DNA from: Bacillota bacterium
GTDB taxonomy: Bacteria > Bacillota > Clostridia > Acetivibrionales > DSM-1351
NCBI GenBank assembly: GCA_023443515.1
Contig: JAEZUC010000079.1
Span: 23,664-47,663 of the forward strand
Reading direction: 5' to 3'
Length of the DNA stretch: 24,000 bases
A program made the position numbers and the translations under genes. Below, in pieces: positions 16,281 through 23,895 of this stretch; positions within the stretch are counted from its first letter, which is position 1; every line of letters begins with the position of its first letter. The notes under the pieces are model-generated. The model was not told the DNA's origin. It ran no database searches and worked only from the letters and a program-made list of their open reading frames with translations.

Positions 16281-17501
16281 ATGTTAAAGAAAAAGTTTAG
16301 CATAGTTATATTAGTTTTATTTTTGCTGGCTGCACCGATTAATGCCGTGAGAGCCGCTTACGTTGTTCCACTTGATAAATGGAGTTTGGGAGATAGCTTT
16401 ACTCTGCAATACGGTACGGGAAATTCAACAAAGTACACATATGACGAAATGCAGAATCTGTATTTAAATAATTACTATAATGTTCAGAGCACAGAAATTG
16501 ATATAGAAAACAGCAATCTGCTTTACCATCAGTATTCTTTGGAGCTTGATAAGGTTAATAATGATATTGTAAACATAAAAAAACTCATTGAACAAAATAA
16601 GGACGTCGATGAATATCAAAAGCAACTGGCTGATCTAATAACACTAAAGGCAGAATTGTACGTGGAAAAGGAAACCAGTAAGTTTATGTATAATAATTCA
16701 GACCTGTATCGGAACATTAAACGTACTTCACAATTATCCTTATTCAGAGACAATATATATAATACGAAACTTTTGTACGAAAAAGGCTTGGTTCAGAAAA
16801 CACTGGCCGAGTATGCAAGATTACAAGCAAATGCAAGAGAGATAAACAAATCAAAAGATATGGCCTTCCAGTCAGATATAGACTTATATACTGCTGATTA
16901 TGACTATTATATCAGTCGGCAGGAATTACTTACCCAGCAAGTCAGCGCAAATATGGAGAATCTATTGAGCAGCAGCGGGATGGACACAGCAAGGGCGGTA
17001 ACAATCAGCGTTCCTGTAGCACCACTTAGGGTTATTCCACTCAAAAATTATTCAGACGTAGAAAAAAGCAGTTACTTTAATGATTATAAAAGTATGCAGT
17101 TAGGAGAAAAGCTACGGATTCTGGACGGAAAGATAAGCATATTGAAAGAATACTATAAGGATTCATCCAACGAGGTAAAGCTGGCTTTGAACGAAAAAAA
17201 ACAGGCAGAGCTTGAGGCAAGGAGATGGCTTGTTCAAAGAAGAGCTATACTTCAGAATTATTACTCTGCTTATAAAAACAAATATGTTGAAGCAGGAATA
17301 AAAGAAAAGAAAGCAAATGCACTCTACCACAAGTACCTGATAATAAAAAATAAATACAACTACAACCTTGCAACCGAGCTGTCTTTAAAGAAAGCTGAAG
17401 TAGATTACAAAACAGCAGTGCAAGAAGCCTGGGACATTTTTTGCGGATATGTGGAACAACTTGGTAAAATTGAAAAGGCAATAAGTGGAAACATAGAATA
17501 G
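16281..17501 (+). CDS. Secreted coiled-coil protein with TolC/OEP-like two-repeat organisation (tentative outer-channel-like partner of the ABC/HlyD pair)
   Basis: Signal peptide MLKKKFSIVILVLFLLAAPINAVRA|A (AxA site). Two internally similar halves, each beginning with a 'YTYDEMQNLYLNNYYNVQS'/'KNYSDVEKSSYFNDYKSMQL'-type segment and ending with an 'ATELSLKKAEVDYKTAVQEAW'-type segment. This resembles the OEP repeat logic. AGGAG RBS. The family call is by pattern only. Confidence 0.45.
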   Translation: MLKKKFSIVILVLFLLAAPINAVRAAYVVPLDKWSLGDSFTLQYGTGNSTKYTYDEMQNLYLNNYYNVQSTEIDIENSNLLYHQYSLELDKVNNDIVNIKKLIEQNKDVDEYQKQLADLITLKAELYVEKETSKFMYNNSDLYRNIKRTSQLSLFRDNIYNTKLLYEKGLVQKTLAEYARLQANAREINKSKDMAFQSDIDLYTADYDYYISRQELLTQQVSANMENLLSSSGMDTARAVTISVPVAPLRVIPLKNYSDVEKSSYFNDYKSMQLGEKLRILDGKISILKEYYKDSSNEVKLALNEKKQAELEARRWLVQRRAILQNYYSAYKNKYVEAGIKEKKANALYHKYLIIKNKYNYNLATELSLKKAEVDYKTAVQEAWDIFCGYVEQLGKIEKAISGNIE

Positions 17502-17511
17502 AAAACTAGAT

Positions 17512-18159
17512 TTATTCTTTAATGATTATGCCCAACAGCTTTGACAAGGAGAGGGCTTGAAATTCATTGACTATGGCTCCCTTTAGTTCAGGCCCCTTGA
17601 TAAGCAGACCTTCCATTTTACAGGAAGTAAAATCAATGCCTTTTAGCATGGTTCCTGTAAATTCTACTGATACCAGAGTACATTGTTCAAATTCCACATC
17701 CTTTAGCTGAGCTTCCCATATGTAGCTGTTAGAAAGGTTTGAATTCTCAATGCGACTCCGGGTGATATATGAGTTTGTTAAATTTGAATACTGCATATTG
17801 CAGGAGCTGACAGATATATCACTGAGTCTTGTGTGAGAAAGTATGATGCCGGTAAGATTACAGTTGATAAATTCAGTGTTTCTGAATACCGCATCACTGA
17901 AATCCATATTTGAAATATCACAATCCCTGAATATAACATTGTCAAACACAAAGTTCTGCACATCACATTTATTGATACTGCATTTTTCAAGAATACATTT
18001 GCTAAATTCTACAGAAATGGAAGAAATGTCATTCAGACGGCAGTTTTTAAAGTGGTAGTTTTCAATATCATAACCCGATGAGGTTAAGTTCATAACTACT
18101 TCTTTCATATTTTCAGATTCTAAGAGGCTATCAGGTATTTTTGGTTTTTGTAGTTTCAT
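17512..18159 (-). CDS. Pentapeptide-repeat protein (Qnr/MfpA/McbG-like fold)
   Basis: Tandem A(D/N)LXX-type pentapeptides through most of the protein (e.g. FRDCDISNMDFSDAVFRNTEFINCNLTGIILSHTRLSDISVSSCNMQYSNLTNSYI). GGAGA lies 7 nt upstream of the ATG at 18159, so the 18201 start is an over-extension. It is convergent with the TolC-like gene across a 10-bp gap. Confidence 0.85.
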   Translation of the reverse strand: MKLQKPKIPDSLLESENMKEVVMNLTSSGYDIENYHFKNCRLNDISSISVEFSKCILEKCSINKCDVQNFVFDNVIFRDCDISNMDFSDAVFRNTEFINCNLTGIILSHTRLSDISVSSCNMQYSNLTNSYITRSRIENSNLSNSYIWEAQLKDVEFEQCTLVSVEFTGTMLKGIDFTSCKMEGLLIKGPELKGAIVNEFQALSLSKLLGIIIKE

Positions 18160-18425
18160 TGTTAAATCTCCATTGAGGTACTTTACAAAAAAGTATAGCA
18201 TCCGATAAAAATTTATTCAACATAAGCTGAAATCTTTACTAAAGGTTTGGTCTATCACGTTTCAAAACTGTTAATTTACTAACAAAGTATTGAAATAGCA
18301 ACTAAAAAGAGGTAAAATTACTTTGGTTATTTGAATGGAAATTTGGATATTATACATATTGCAATCATTTCCTAAATTTTGACTCATCTTTAAATAAATA
18401 AAAATATATACAGGAGCGTGAAGTT

Positions 18426-20366
18426 ATGAGCATGATGAACAAAAAAACAATTGAAGACATTGATGTTGCCGGCAAAAAGGTAATAGTAAGAGTTGATTTT
18501 AACGTGCCATTGGACGCAGACAGAAAGATCACTGATGATAAGAGAATAGTTGGAGCACTTCCTACAATCAAGTATCTTGTTGACAAGGGAGCCAAGACTA
18601 TACTTGTATCCCATTTGGGAAGACCAAAGGAAGGTTTTGAAGATAAATTCAGCATGAAGCCGACAGCTGTAAGACTTGGCGAACTTCTCGGAAAAGAAGT
18701 AATAATGGCTAAAGATGTTGTAGGCGAAGATGCAAAGGCAAAGGCTGCTGCATTGAAAGACGGCGAAGTTCTTATGCTTGAGAACGTAAGATTCCACAAG
18801 GAAGAAACAAAGAATGATGCTAACTTTGCAAAAGAACTTGCAAGCATGGCTGAAATATTTGTAAACGATGCTTTCGGAACTGCTCACAGAGCACACGCTT
18901 CTACTGCAGGATTAGCTGACTATCTGCCTGCTGTATGCGGATTCCTTATAAAGAAAGAAATCGAATTCATGGGTAAGGCATTGGCAAACCCTGCAAGACC
19001 ATTCGTAGCAATACTTGGTGGTGCAAAGGTTTCTGACAAAATCGCAGTTATCGAAAACCTCATTGACAAGGTTGATACTTTGATAATCGGTGGTGGTATG
19101 GCTTATACCTTCTTAAAGGCAAAAGGATATCACATCGGAAATTCAATCTGTGAAGAGGAAAAAATTGACCTTGCTAAGACTCTTATGGAAAAAGCAGAAG
19201 CAAAGGGCGTTAACTTGATGCTTCCAATAGGAAGTATGGTAGCTCAGGAATTCAAGAACGATACTGAAATCAAATACGTTCCATCAGATGCAATGCCAGA
19301 CGGATGGATGGGTATGGATATCGGTTCACTTACAATAGAAAAATTTGCAAAAGAAATAAAGAAAGCAAAAACAGTTATCTGGAACGGACCTATGGGTGTA
19401 TTTGAATTCCCTAACTTCGCAACAGGTACAAAGGAAATAGCAAAGGCAGTTGCAGAATCAGGAGCACTTTCAATAGTTGGAGGCGGAGATTCAGCTGCTG
19501 CAGTTGAACAACTCGGTTTTGCTGATAAGATTACACATATTTCAACAGGTGGAGGAGCTTCTCTTGAATTCTTAGAAGGTAAAGAGCTTCCTGGTATAGC
19601 AGTACTTATGGATAAGAATCCAAGAAAAGTTATTGCTGCTGGTAACTGGAAAATGAATAAGACTGCTTCAGAAGCTGTTGCATTTGTAAATGCATTAAAG
19701 CCTGCTGTTGCTGATGCAAAAAATGAAGTAGTAGTTGGTGTACCATTTATATGCCTGCCTGGAGTTGTTGAAGCTGCCAAGGGTTCAAACATAAAGGTTG
19801 CAGCACAGAACATGCACTGGGAAGAAAACGGAGCATTTACAGGAGAAGTTTCCGGCCCGATGCTTGCAGACCTTGGTGTTGACTATGTAATAATCGGTCA
19901 CTCTGAAAGAAGAGAGTATTTCGGAGAAACCAACGAAATGATAAACAAAAAGGCTCATGCAATATTCAAATATGGTATGACTCCGATCGTTTGCTGCGGT
20001 GAAACACTCACTCAGAGAGAACAGGGAGTTACAGCTGACCATATCAGATATCAGATAAAGGTAGCATTACTCGACTTGACTGCTGAGCAGGTTAGCAAGC
20101 TAGTTATTGCTTACGAACCAATCTGGGCAATCGGAACAGGTAAGACTGCAACAAATGAACAGGCAAATGAAGTTTGCGCAATTATCAGAGAATTAGTTGT
20201 TGAGCTTTATGGCTCAGAAGTAGCTGAACAGGTTAGAATCCAATACGGCGGAAGCGTAAATGCTAAGAATGCAGCTGACTTGTTTGCAATGTCTGATATA
20301 GACGGCGGACTTGTTGGTGGAGCAAGCTTAAAGGTTGAGGATTTCTCAATAATAGCCAAAGCGTAA
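18426..20366 (+). CDS. pgk/tpiA: Bifunctional phosphoglycerate kinase / triosephosphate isomerase (in-frame PGK-TIM fusion, 646 aa)
   Basis: The PGK part runs from [10 protein letters not shown] to [23 protein letters not shown]. It continues without a stop (junction ~19611-19625, linker K-NP-RK) into TIM, which has [16 protein letters not shown] and [19 protein letters not shown] at 18412-18416. Confidence 0.92.
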   Translation: MSMMNKKTIEDIDVAGKKVIVRVDFNVPLDADRKITDDKRIVGALPTIKYLVDKGAKTILVSHLGRPKEGFEDKFSMKPTAVRLGELLGKEVIMAKDVVGEDAKAKAAALKDGEVLMLENVRFHKEETKNDANFAKELASMAEIFVNDAFGTAHRAHASTAGLADYLPAVCGFLIKKEIEFMGKALANPARPFVAILGGAKVSDKIAVIENLIDKVDTLIIGGGMAYTFLKAKGYHIGNSICEEEKIDLAKTLMEKAEAKGVNLMLPIGSMVAQEFKNDTEIKYVPSDAMPDGWMGMDIGSLTIEKFAKEIKKAKTVIWNGPMGVFEFPNFATGTKEIAKAVAESGALSIVGGGDSAAAVEQLGFADKITHISTGGGASLEFLEGKELPGIAVLMDKNPRKVIAAGNWKMNKTASEAVAFVNALKPAVADAKNEVVVGVPFICLPGVVEAAKGSNIKVAAQNMHWEENGAFTGEVSGPMLADLGVDYVIIGHSERREYFGETNEMINKKAHAIFKYGMTPIVCCGETLTQREQGVTADHIRYQIKVALLDLTAEQVSKLVIAYEPIWAIGTGKTATNEQANEVCAIIRELVVELYGSEVAEQVRIQYGGSVNAKNAADLFAMSDIDGGLVGGASLKVEDFSIIAKA

Positions 20367-20413
20367 ATCTTACCAGTCTGTAAAAAAATTAGCTAAAGAA
20401 TAATGAATTATCT

Positions 20414-20439
20414 GACCCTCCGGTTAGTACTGGAGGGTC
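20414..20439 (+). other. GC-rich intercistronic stem-loop between pgk/tpi and gpmI
   Basis: GACCCTCC (20414-20421) pairs with GGAGGGTC (20432-20439), extendable by 1-2 bp. No T-run follows, so it is not a canonical terminator. Confidence 0.5.
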
Positions 20440-20474
20440 TAACTATAGTAATAATAAAAGAGGGAGATAACCAT

Positions 20475-22010
20475 ATGGAAAAGAAATTAGTAACATTAAT
20501 GATCCTTGATGGCTTCGGAAACAACCCGAAACAAGAAGGAAATGCCATACAGGCTGCAAAAAAGCCAAATCTGGACAGCTATCTTACTAAGTATACAAAC
20601 ACCATTGTTCATACAAGCGGTATGGATGTAGGACTGCCTGAGGGTCAGATGGGAAACTCTGAGGTTGGTCATACCAATATCGGTGCAGGAAGAATTGTTT
20701 ATCAGGAATTAACAAGAATAACTAAATCAATACAGGATGGGGATTTCTTTGAGAAAGAGGAATTCTTAAAGGCAGTAGAAAACTGCAAAAAGAATAATTC
20801 CAAACTTCATCTGTTCGGACTTTTATCTGATGGTGGAGTACACAGCCACAACACACATTTATATGGTTTAGTTGAAATGGCGAAAAGGAATGGCCTGAAA
20901 GATGTATTTATACACTGCTTCTACGATGGAAGAGATGTTCCTCCGGATAGCTCAAAGATATACACAGAAGAGCTTGAAGCAAAACTGAAAGAAATCGGAG
21001 TAGGTAAAATTGCGTCTGTAATGGGCAGATACTATTCCATGGACAGAGACAACCGCTGGGAAAGAGTACAGCTTGCATATGATGTAATGGTAACCGGAAA
21101 AGGTTTGACTGCAAATTCTGCAGTTGAAGCAGTAGAGTCATCTTTTTCCAAAAAAGAATTCGATGAATTTGTAAAGCCTACTGCAATAATTGAAAACGGT
21201 AAACCCGTTGCTACAATAGATGCAAACGATTCAGTAATATTCTTCAACTTCAGACCTGACAGGGCAAGAGAGATAACAAGAACCTTTGTTGACCCTGAAT
21301 TCAAAGGCTTTGAAAGAGAAAAAGGCTTCTTCCCTCTATTCTTTGTTTGTATGACACAGTATGACAAGACAATGCCGAACGTTGTGGTTGCGTTCAAGCC
21401 TCAGACTTTGGAAAATACCTTCGGAGAATACGTAAGCAGACTTGGCTATAGACAGCTTAGAATAGCAGAAACAGAGAAGTATGCGCATGTTACCTTCTTC
21501 TTCAACGGTGGTGTAGAAACACAGTACGAAGGAGAAGACAGGGCACTTATACCTTCACCGAAAGTAGCTACTTACGACTTAAAACCTGACATGAGTGCAT
21601 ATGAAGTTGCTGAAGAAGCGGTTAAGAGAATTGATTCAAAAGAATACGATGTTATAATTCTTAACTTTGCTAACTGTGACATGGTAGGACATACGGGTGT
21701 ATTTGATGCTGCAAAGGCTGCTGTTGAAGCAGTTGATGAATGTGTAGGAAAAGTAGTTGATGCTGTTACTGCACAGGGTGGGGTGGTATTGATAACTGCC
21801 GACCACGGAAATGCAGAGCAGATGGTTGATTATGATAACGGAGGAGCATTCACTGCACATACTACAAACGTAGTACCACTTATAGGTATTGGTTTGGGAA
21901 ATGCAACTCTTAAAGAAGGAAGACTTGCTGACTTGGCACCAACTATACTTGACATAATGGGTGTTGATAAGCCTGCTGAAATGACAGGAACTTCACTTCT
22001 ACAGAAATAA
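20475..22010 (+). CDS. gpmI: 2,3-bisphosphoglycerate-independent phosphoglycerate mutase
   Basis: MEKKLVTLMILDGFG, GNSEVGHTNIGAGR, SDGGVHSH, CDMVGHTG and ADHGNAE motifs. AGAGGGAG at 20459-20466 supports ATG 20475. The track start at 20403 runs through the hairpin and is an over-extension. Confidence 0.93.
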   Translation: MEKKLVTLMILDGFGNNPKQEGNAIQAAKKPNLDSYLTKYTNTIVHTSGMDVGLPEGQMGNSEVGHTNIGAGRIVYQELTRITKSIQDGDFFEKEEFLKAVENCKKNNSKLHLFGLLSDGGVHSHNTHLYGLVEMAKRNGLKDVFIHCFYDGRDVPPDSSKIYTEELEAKLKEIGVGKIASVMGRYYSMDRDNRWERVQLAYDVMVTGKGLTANSAVEAVESSFSKKEFDEFVKPTAIIENGKPVATIDANDSVIFFNFRPDRAREITRTFVDPEFKGFEREKGFFPLFFVCMTQYDKTMPNVVVAFKPQTLENTFGEYVSRLGYRQLRIAETEKYAHVTFFFNGGVETQYEGEDRALIPSPKVATYDLKPDMSAYEVAEEAVKRIDSKEYDVIILNFANCDMVGHTGVFDAAKAAVEAVDECVGKVVDAVTAQGGVVLITADHGNAEQMVDYDNGGAFTAHTTNVVPLIGIGLGNATLKEGRLADLAPTILDIMGVDKPAEMTGTSLLQK

Positions 22011-22052
22011 AGAGCATAATTGTTCAAAGTGCTGTTATAACTACATTTCGAG

Positions 22053-22094
22053 AAAATCCACCGGTATGAAGATAAAAAAAGGTGGATTTTTTTT
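22053..22094 (+). terminator. Rho-independent terminator after gpmI
   Basis: AAAATCCACC (22053-22062) pairs with GGTGGATTTT (22081-22090), followed by more T residues through 22094. Confidence 0.75.
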
Positions 22095-22157
22095 AATCTT
22101 TTGGAGGATAATTTTACCATATATAGAATATATTATGTAAAAGAGGAGGTGCACTAA

Positions 22158-23234
22158 ATGAAAAAACCCTCGAAAGTGATTTTGCATCTTAAAAAGTTTG
22201 CAAACAATTACAAAAAGCTGGGTTCTGTGCTTTATTACTTTTATAGATTGCTGAAATCTTCGTATTTCAGAACCTTTGTAAACTTTCTTTTTACATTTGT
22301 ATTTGCTTTTCAGATGCAACTTACCGACTTTAAGACATATAATATCTATGAAAAGGAATTTTACCGGGATAAACTGCATATACTGGTAACATTCGTGTTT
22401 ATTATCGGGTACAATTGGGTAACCTTAATGATAGATAATTACCAGAAATACAAGAATCGCAGGGTAAAGTGCCTCAAAGAAGTAATAAACAGGGAAGCCG
22501 TAATAAATCAGACAATTAGCAGAAAATTGAACGGCATAACCAGAAGTGTCGGTGTTAAAGCAGTTATGATACCTTCAAAAGCCGACTTCAGCACTCTCAG
22601 CTATCAGGATATTGCCTCACTGGTATGCCACAACATTTATGATGCTATAAAAATTTCAACAGAAACAGACACTCATCAGGTTTCTCTTATACATAGATTC
22701 AAAGAGAAAAAAACCGGAAGAGAATACGTTAAAATGATTAGCTATGGTAATTCGAATCAGATTTCGCCAAGCATATTTGATAAGCACTTCTATCTTGACA
22801 GTGATCTGAATTATTATCATGTAAAAATATTTAATGAACAGCAGAACGATATTTATATATTAAAAAATTCCGGCGAGATAAAAAAAGAATTTGTATATGG
22901 TAAAAAGTGCACCGAAAAAAATATCGAACAATACATTGCTATCCCTGTATTCTGCGAAAATGAAGGAATAGTTTCACTTTTGCAAATTGAGATATCAGAA
23001 AAACAAATGTTGGGAAGAACTACTGAAGAAATAAGAGAATTTGTAAAGCCATTTATGGCCTATGTACATATCCTTATGGTAAATTACTACAGGGATGAAC
23101 TGTTTAATGTATTAATTAAGAAATTTGATATTCTAAAGAAAAGTAAAGATAGAAGAAAGAGTTATCTGGAAGGGATGAGTAAGTATGAGCAACACTATGG
23201 GGAAAATAATTCATATATTGCCCCAAGGGACTAA
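22158..23234 (+). CDS. Hypothetical membrane-anchored protein; the C-terminal ~200 aa has a GAF-like pattern (tentative)
   Basis: AGAGGAGG RBS at 22142-22149. Two N-terminal hydrophobic helices (FRTFVNFLFTFVFAF and LHILVTFVFIIGYNWVTLMI). The C-terminal segment ...QYIAIPVFCENEGIVSLLQIEIS resembles the conserved end of GAF domains. I recognised no catalytic motif. Confidence 0.6.
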   Translation: MKKPSKVILHLKKFANNYKKLGSVLYYFYRLLKSSYFRTFVNFLFTFVFAFQMQLTDFKTYNIYEKEFYRDKLHILVTFVFIIGYNWVTLMIDNYQKYKNRRVKCLKEVINREAVINQTISRKLNGITRSVGVKAVMIPSKADFSTLSYQDIASLVCHNIYDAIKISTETDTHQVSLIHRFKEKKTGREYVKMISYGNSNQISPSIFDKHFYLDSDLNYYHVKIFNEQQNDIYILKNSGEIKKEFVYGKKCTEKNIEQYIAIPVFCENEGIVSLLQIEISEKQMLGRTTEEIREFVKPFMAYVHILMVNYYRDELFNVLIKKFDILKKSKDRRKSYLEGMSKYEQHYGENNSYIAPRD

Positions 23235-23382
23235 TGATAACGCACATAATACCGGATTTTTGCATGAAGACACGGATTTTATTCAGGATCATGGTACTTT
23301 TGAAGACAGAAGACAACAGCTTATAAGCGAGTATGAAAGGGAACTGAGGATATTTAAAAATAATTCTATGCTAATGACATAG
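23185..23382 (+). CDS. Small hypothetical protein (65 aa) overlapping the 3' end of the previous gene in another frame
   Basis: ORF only. It overlaps 22158-23234 by 50 nt, has only a weak purine-rich region upstream, and is followed by the hairpin at 23404-23427. Coding status is uncertain. Confidence 0.3.
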   Translation: MSNTMGKIIHILPQGTNDNAHNTGFLHEDTDFIQDHGTFEDRRQQLISEYERELRIFKNNSMLMT

Positions 23383-23403
23383 AAAAAAATAATAATTATA
23401 TTT

Positions 23404-23431
23404 ACTCCCGAGTGACTTTCCGGGAGTTTTT
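23404..23431. terminator. Hairpin terminator between convergent genes
   Basis: ACTCCCG (23404-23410) pairs with CGGGAGT (23421-23427), followed by TTTTTATTTTTT on the + strand. It also lies immediately after the stop of the minus-strand XRE gene. Confidence 0.6.
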
Positions 23432-23789
23432 ATTTTTTCTTAGGAGAGTTGTTGCTGGATTTGTATTTAGTTTTTATTAAGTCTATATATTCCTCAACCT
23501 TTTTCAGAGCTTCATCAGGAAGACCCTTAACATCAAGATTATAAGGGATTTTTGATTCTGCTACAAAATCATCGGAAAAATGTCTGATTTCGGTACGACC
23601 AACAAGATAATCCACAGACACATTAAAGTAATCAGCGATGGTTTTTAAAACATTTTCATCTTTTGGAAATCTGTCATTAGCCTCATAATAACCAATAACT
23701 CTGGCAGAAACGTTTATTAATTCACCCAAATCCTTTTGGGTAATATCACGTTCTTCCCTTAGTTCTCTTAATCTGTCACCAAATCTCAT
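23430..23789 (-). CDS. XRE-family helix-turn-helix transcriptional regulator (~119 aa)
   Basis: MRFGDRLRELREERDITQKDLGELINVSARVIGYYEANDRFP is a typical Cro/C1-type HTH. GGAGG lies 7 nt upstream of the ATG at 23789, so the 23822 start is an over-extension. Confidence 0.85.
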   Translation of the reverse strand: MRFGDRLRELREERDITQKDLGELINVSARVIGYYEANDRFPKDENVLKTIADYFNVSVDYLVGRTEIRHFSDDFVAESKIPYNLDVKGLPDEALKKVEEYIDLIKTKYKSSNNSPKKK

Positions 23790-23840
23790 AAATCTGCCTC
23801 CAAATATAAATATAACAGGCAAAAAAAATCATTTGATAAA

Positions 23841-23859
23841 ATAGAATAAAATATTCTAT
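23841..23859. promoter_or_regulatory. Palindromic candidate operator ATAGAATAaaaTATTCTAT in the divergent promoter region
   Basis: Perfect 8-bp arms (23841-23848 and 23852-23859). It lies 52 bp upstream of the XRE start and 8 bp upstream of the -35 of the rightward promoter. Confidence 0.45.
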
Positions 23860-23866
23860 AAAAATG

Positions 23867-23895
23867 TTGAAATCGAACAAAATATGCGATATAAT
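23867..23895 (+). promoter_or_regulatory. Near-consensus sigmaA promoter firing rightward toward a gene beyond the window end
   Basis: TTGAAA (23867-23872), exactly 17 bp spacer, TATAAT (23890-23895). A GAGGTGA RBS at 23991-23997 sits at the window edge. Confidence 0.6.

Noticed and set aside
17494-17518. A possible shared terminator hairpin in the 10-bp gap between the convergent TolC-like and pentapeptide genes.
   Set aside because: Only a 5-bp AGAAT/ATTCT stem with a 15-nt loop can be drawn, which is too weak to call. Termination signals probably lie within the opposing coding regions or are Rho-dependent.
18365-18896. Two long minus-strand ORFs (160 and 168 aa) antisense to the 5' part of pgk, and similarly 19244-19813 (189 aa) and 19785-20042.
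   Set aside because: They lie entirely inside a gene with unmistakable PGK/TIM motifs. They have low-complexity Ser/Phe/Ala-rich translations and no RBS. These are typical shadow ORFs.
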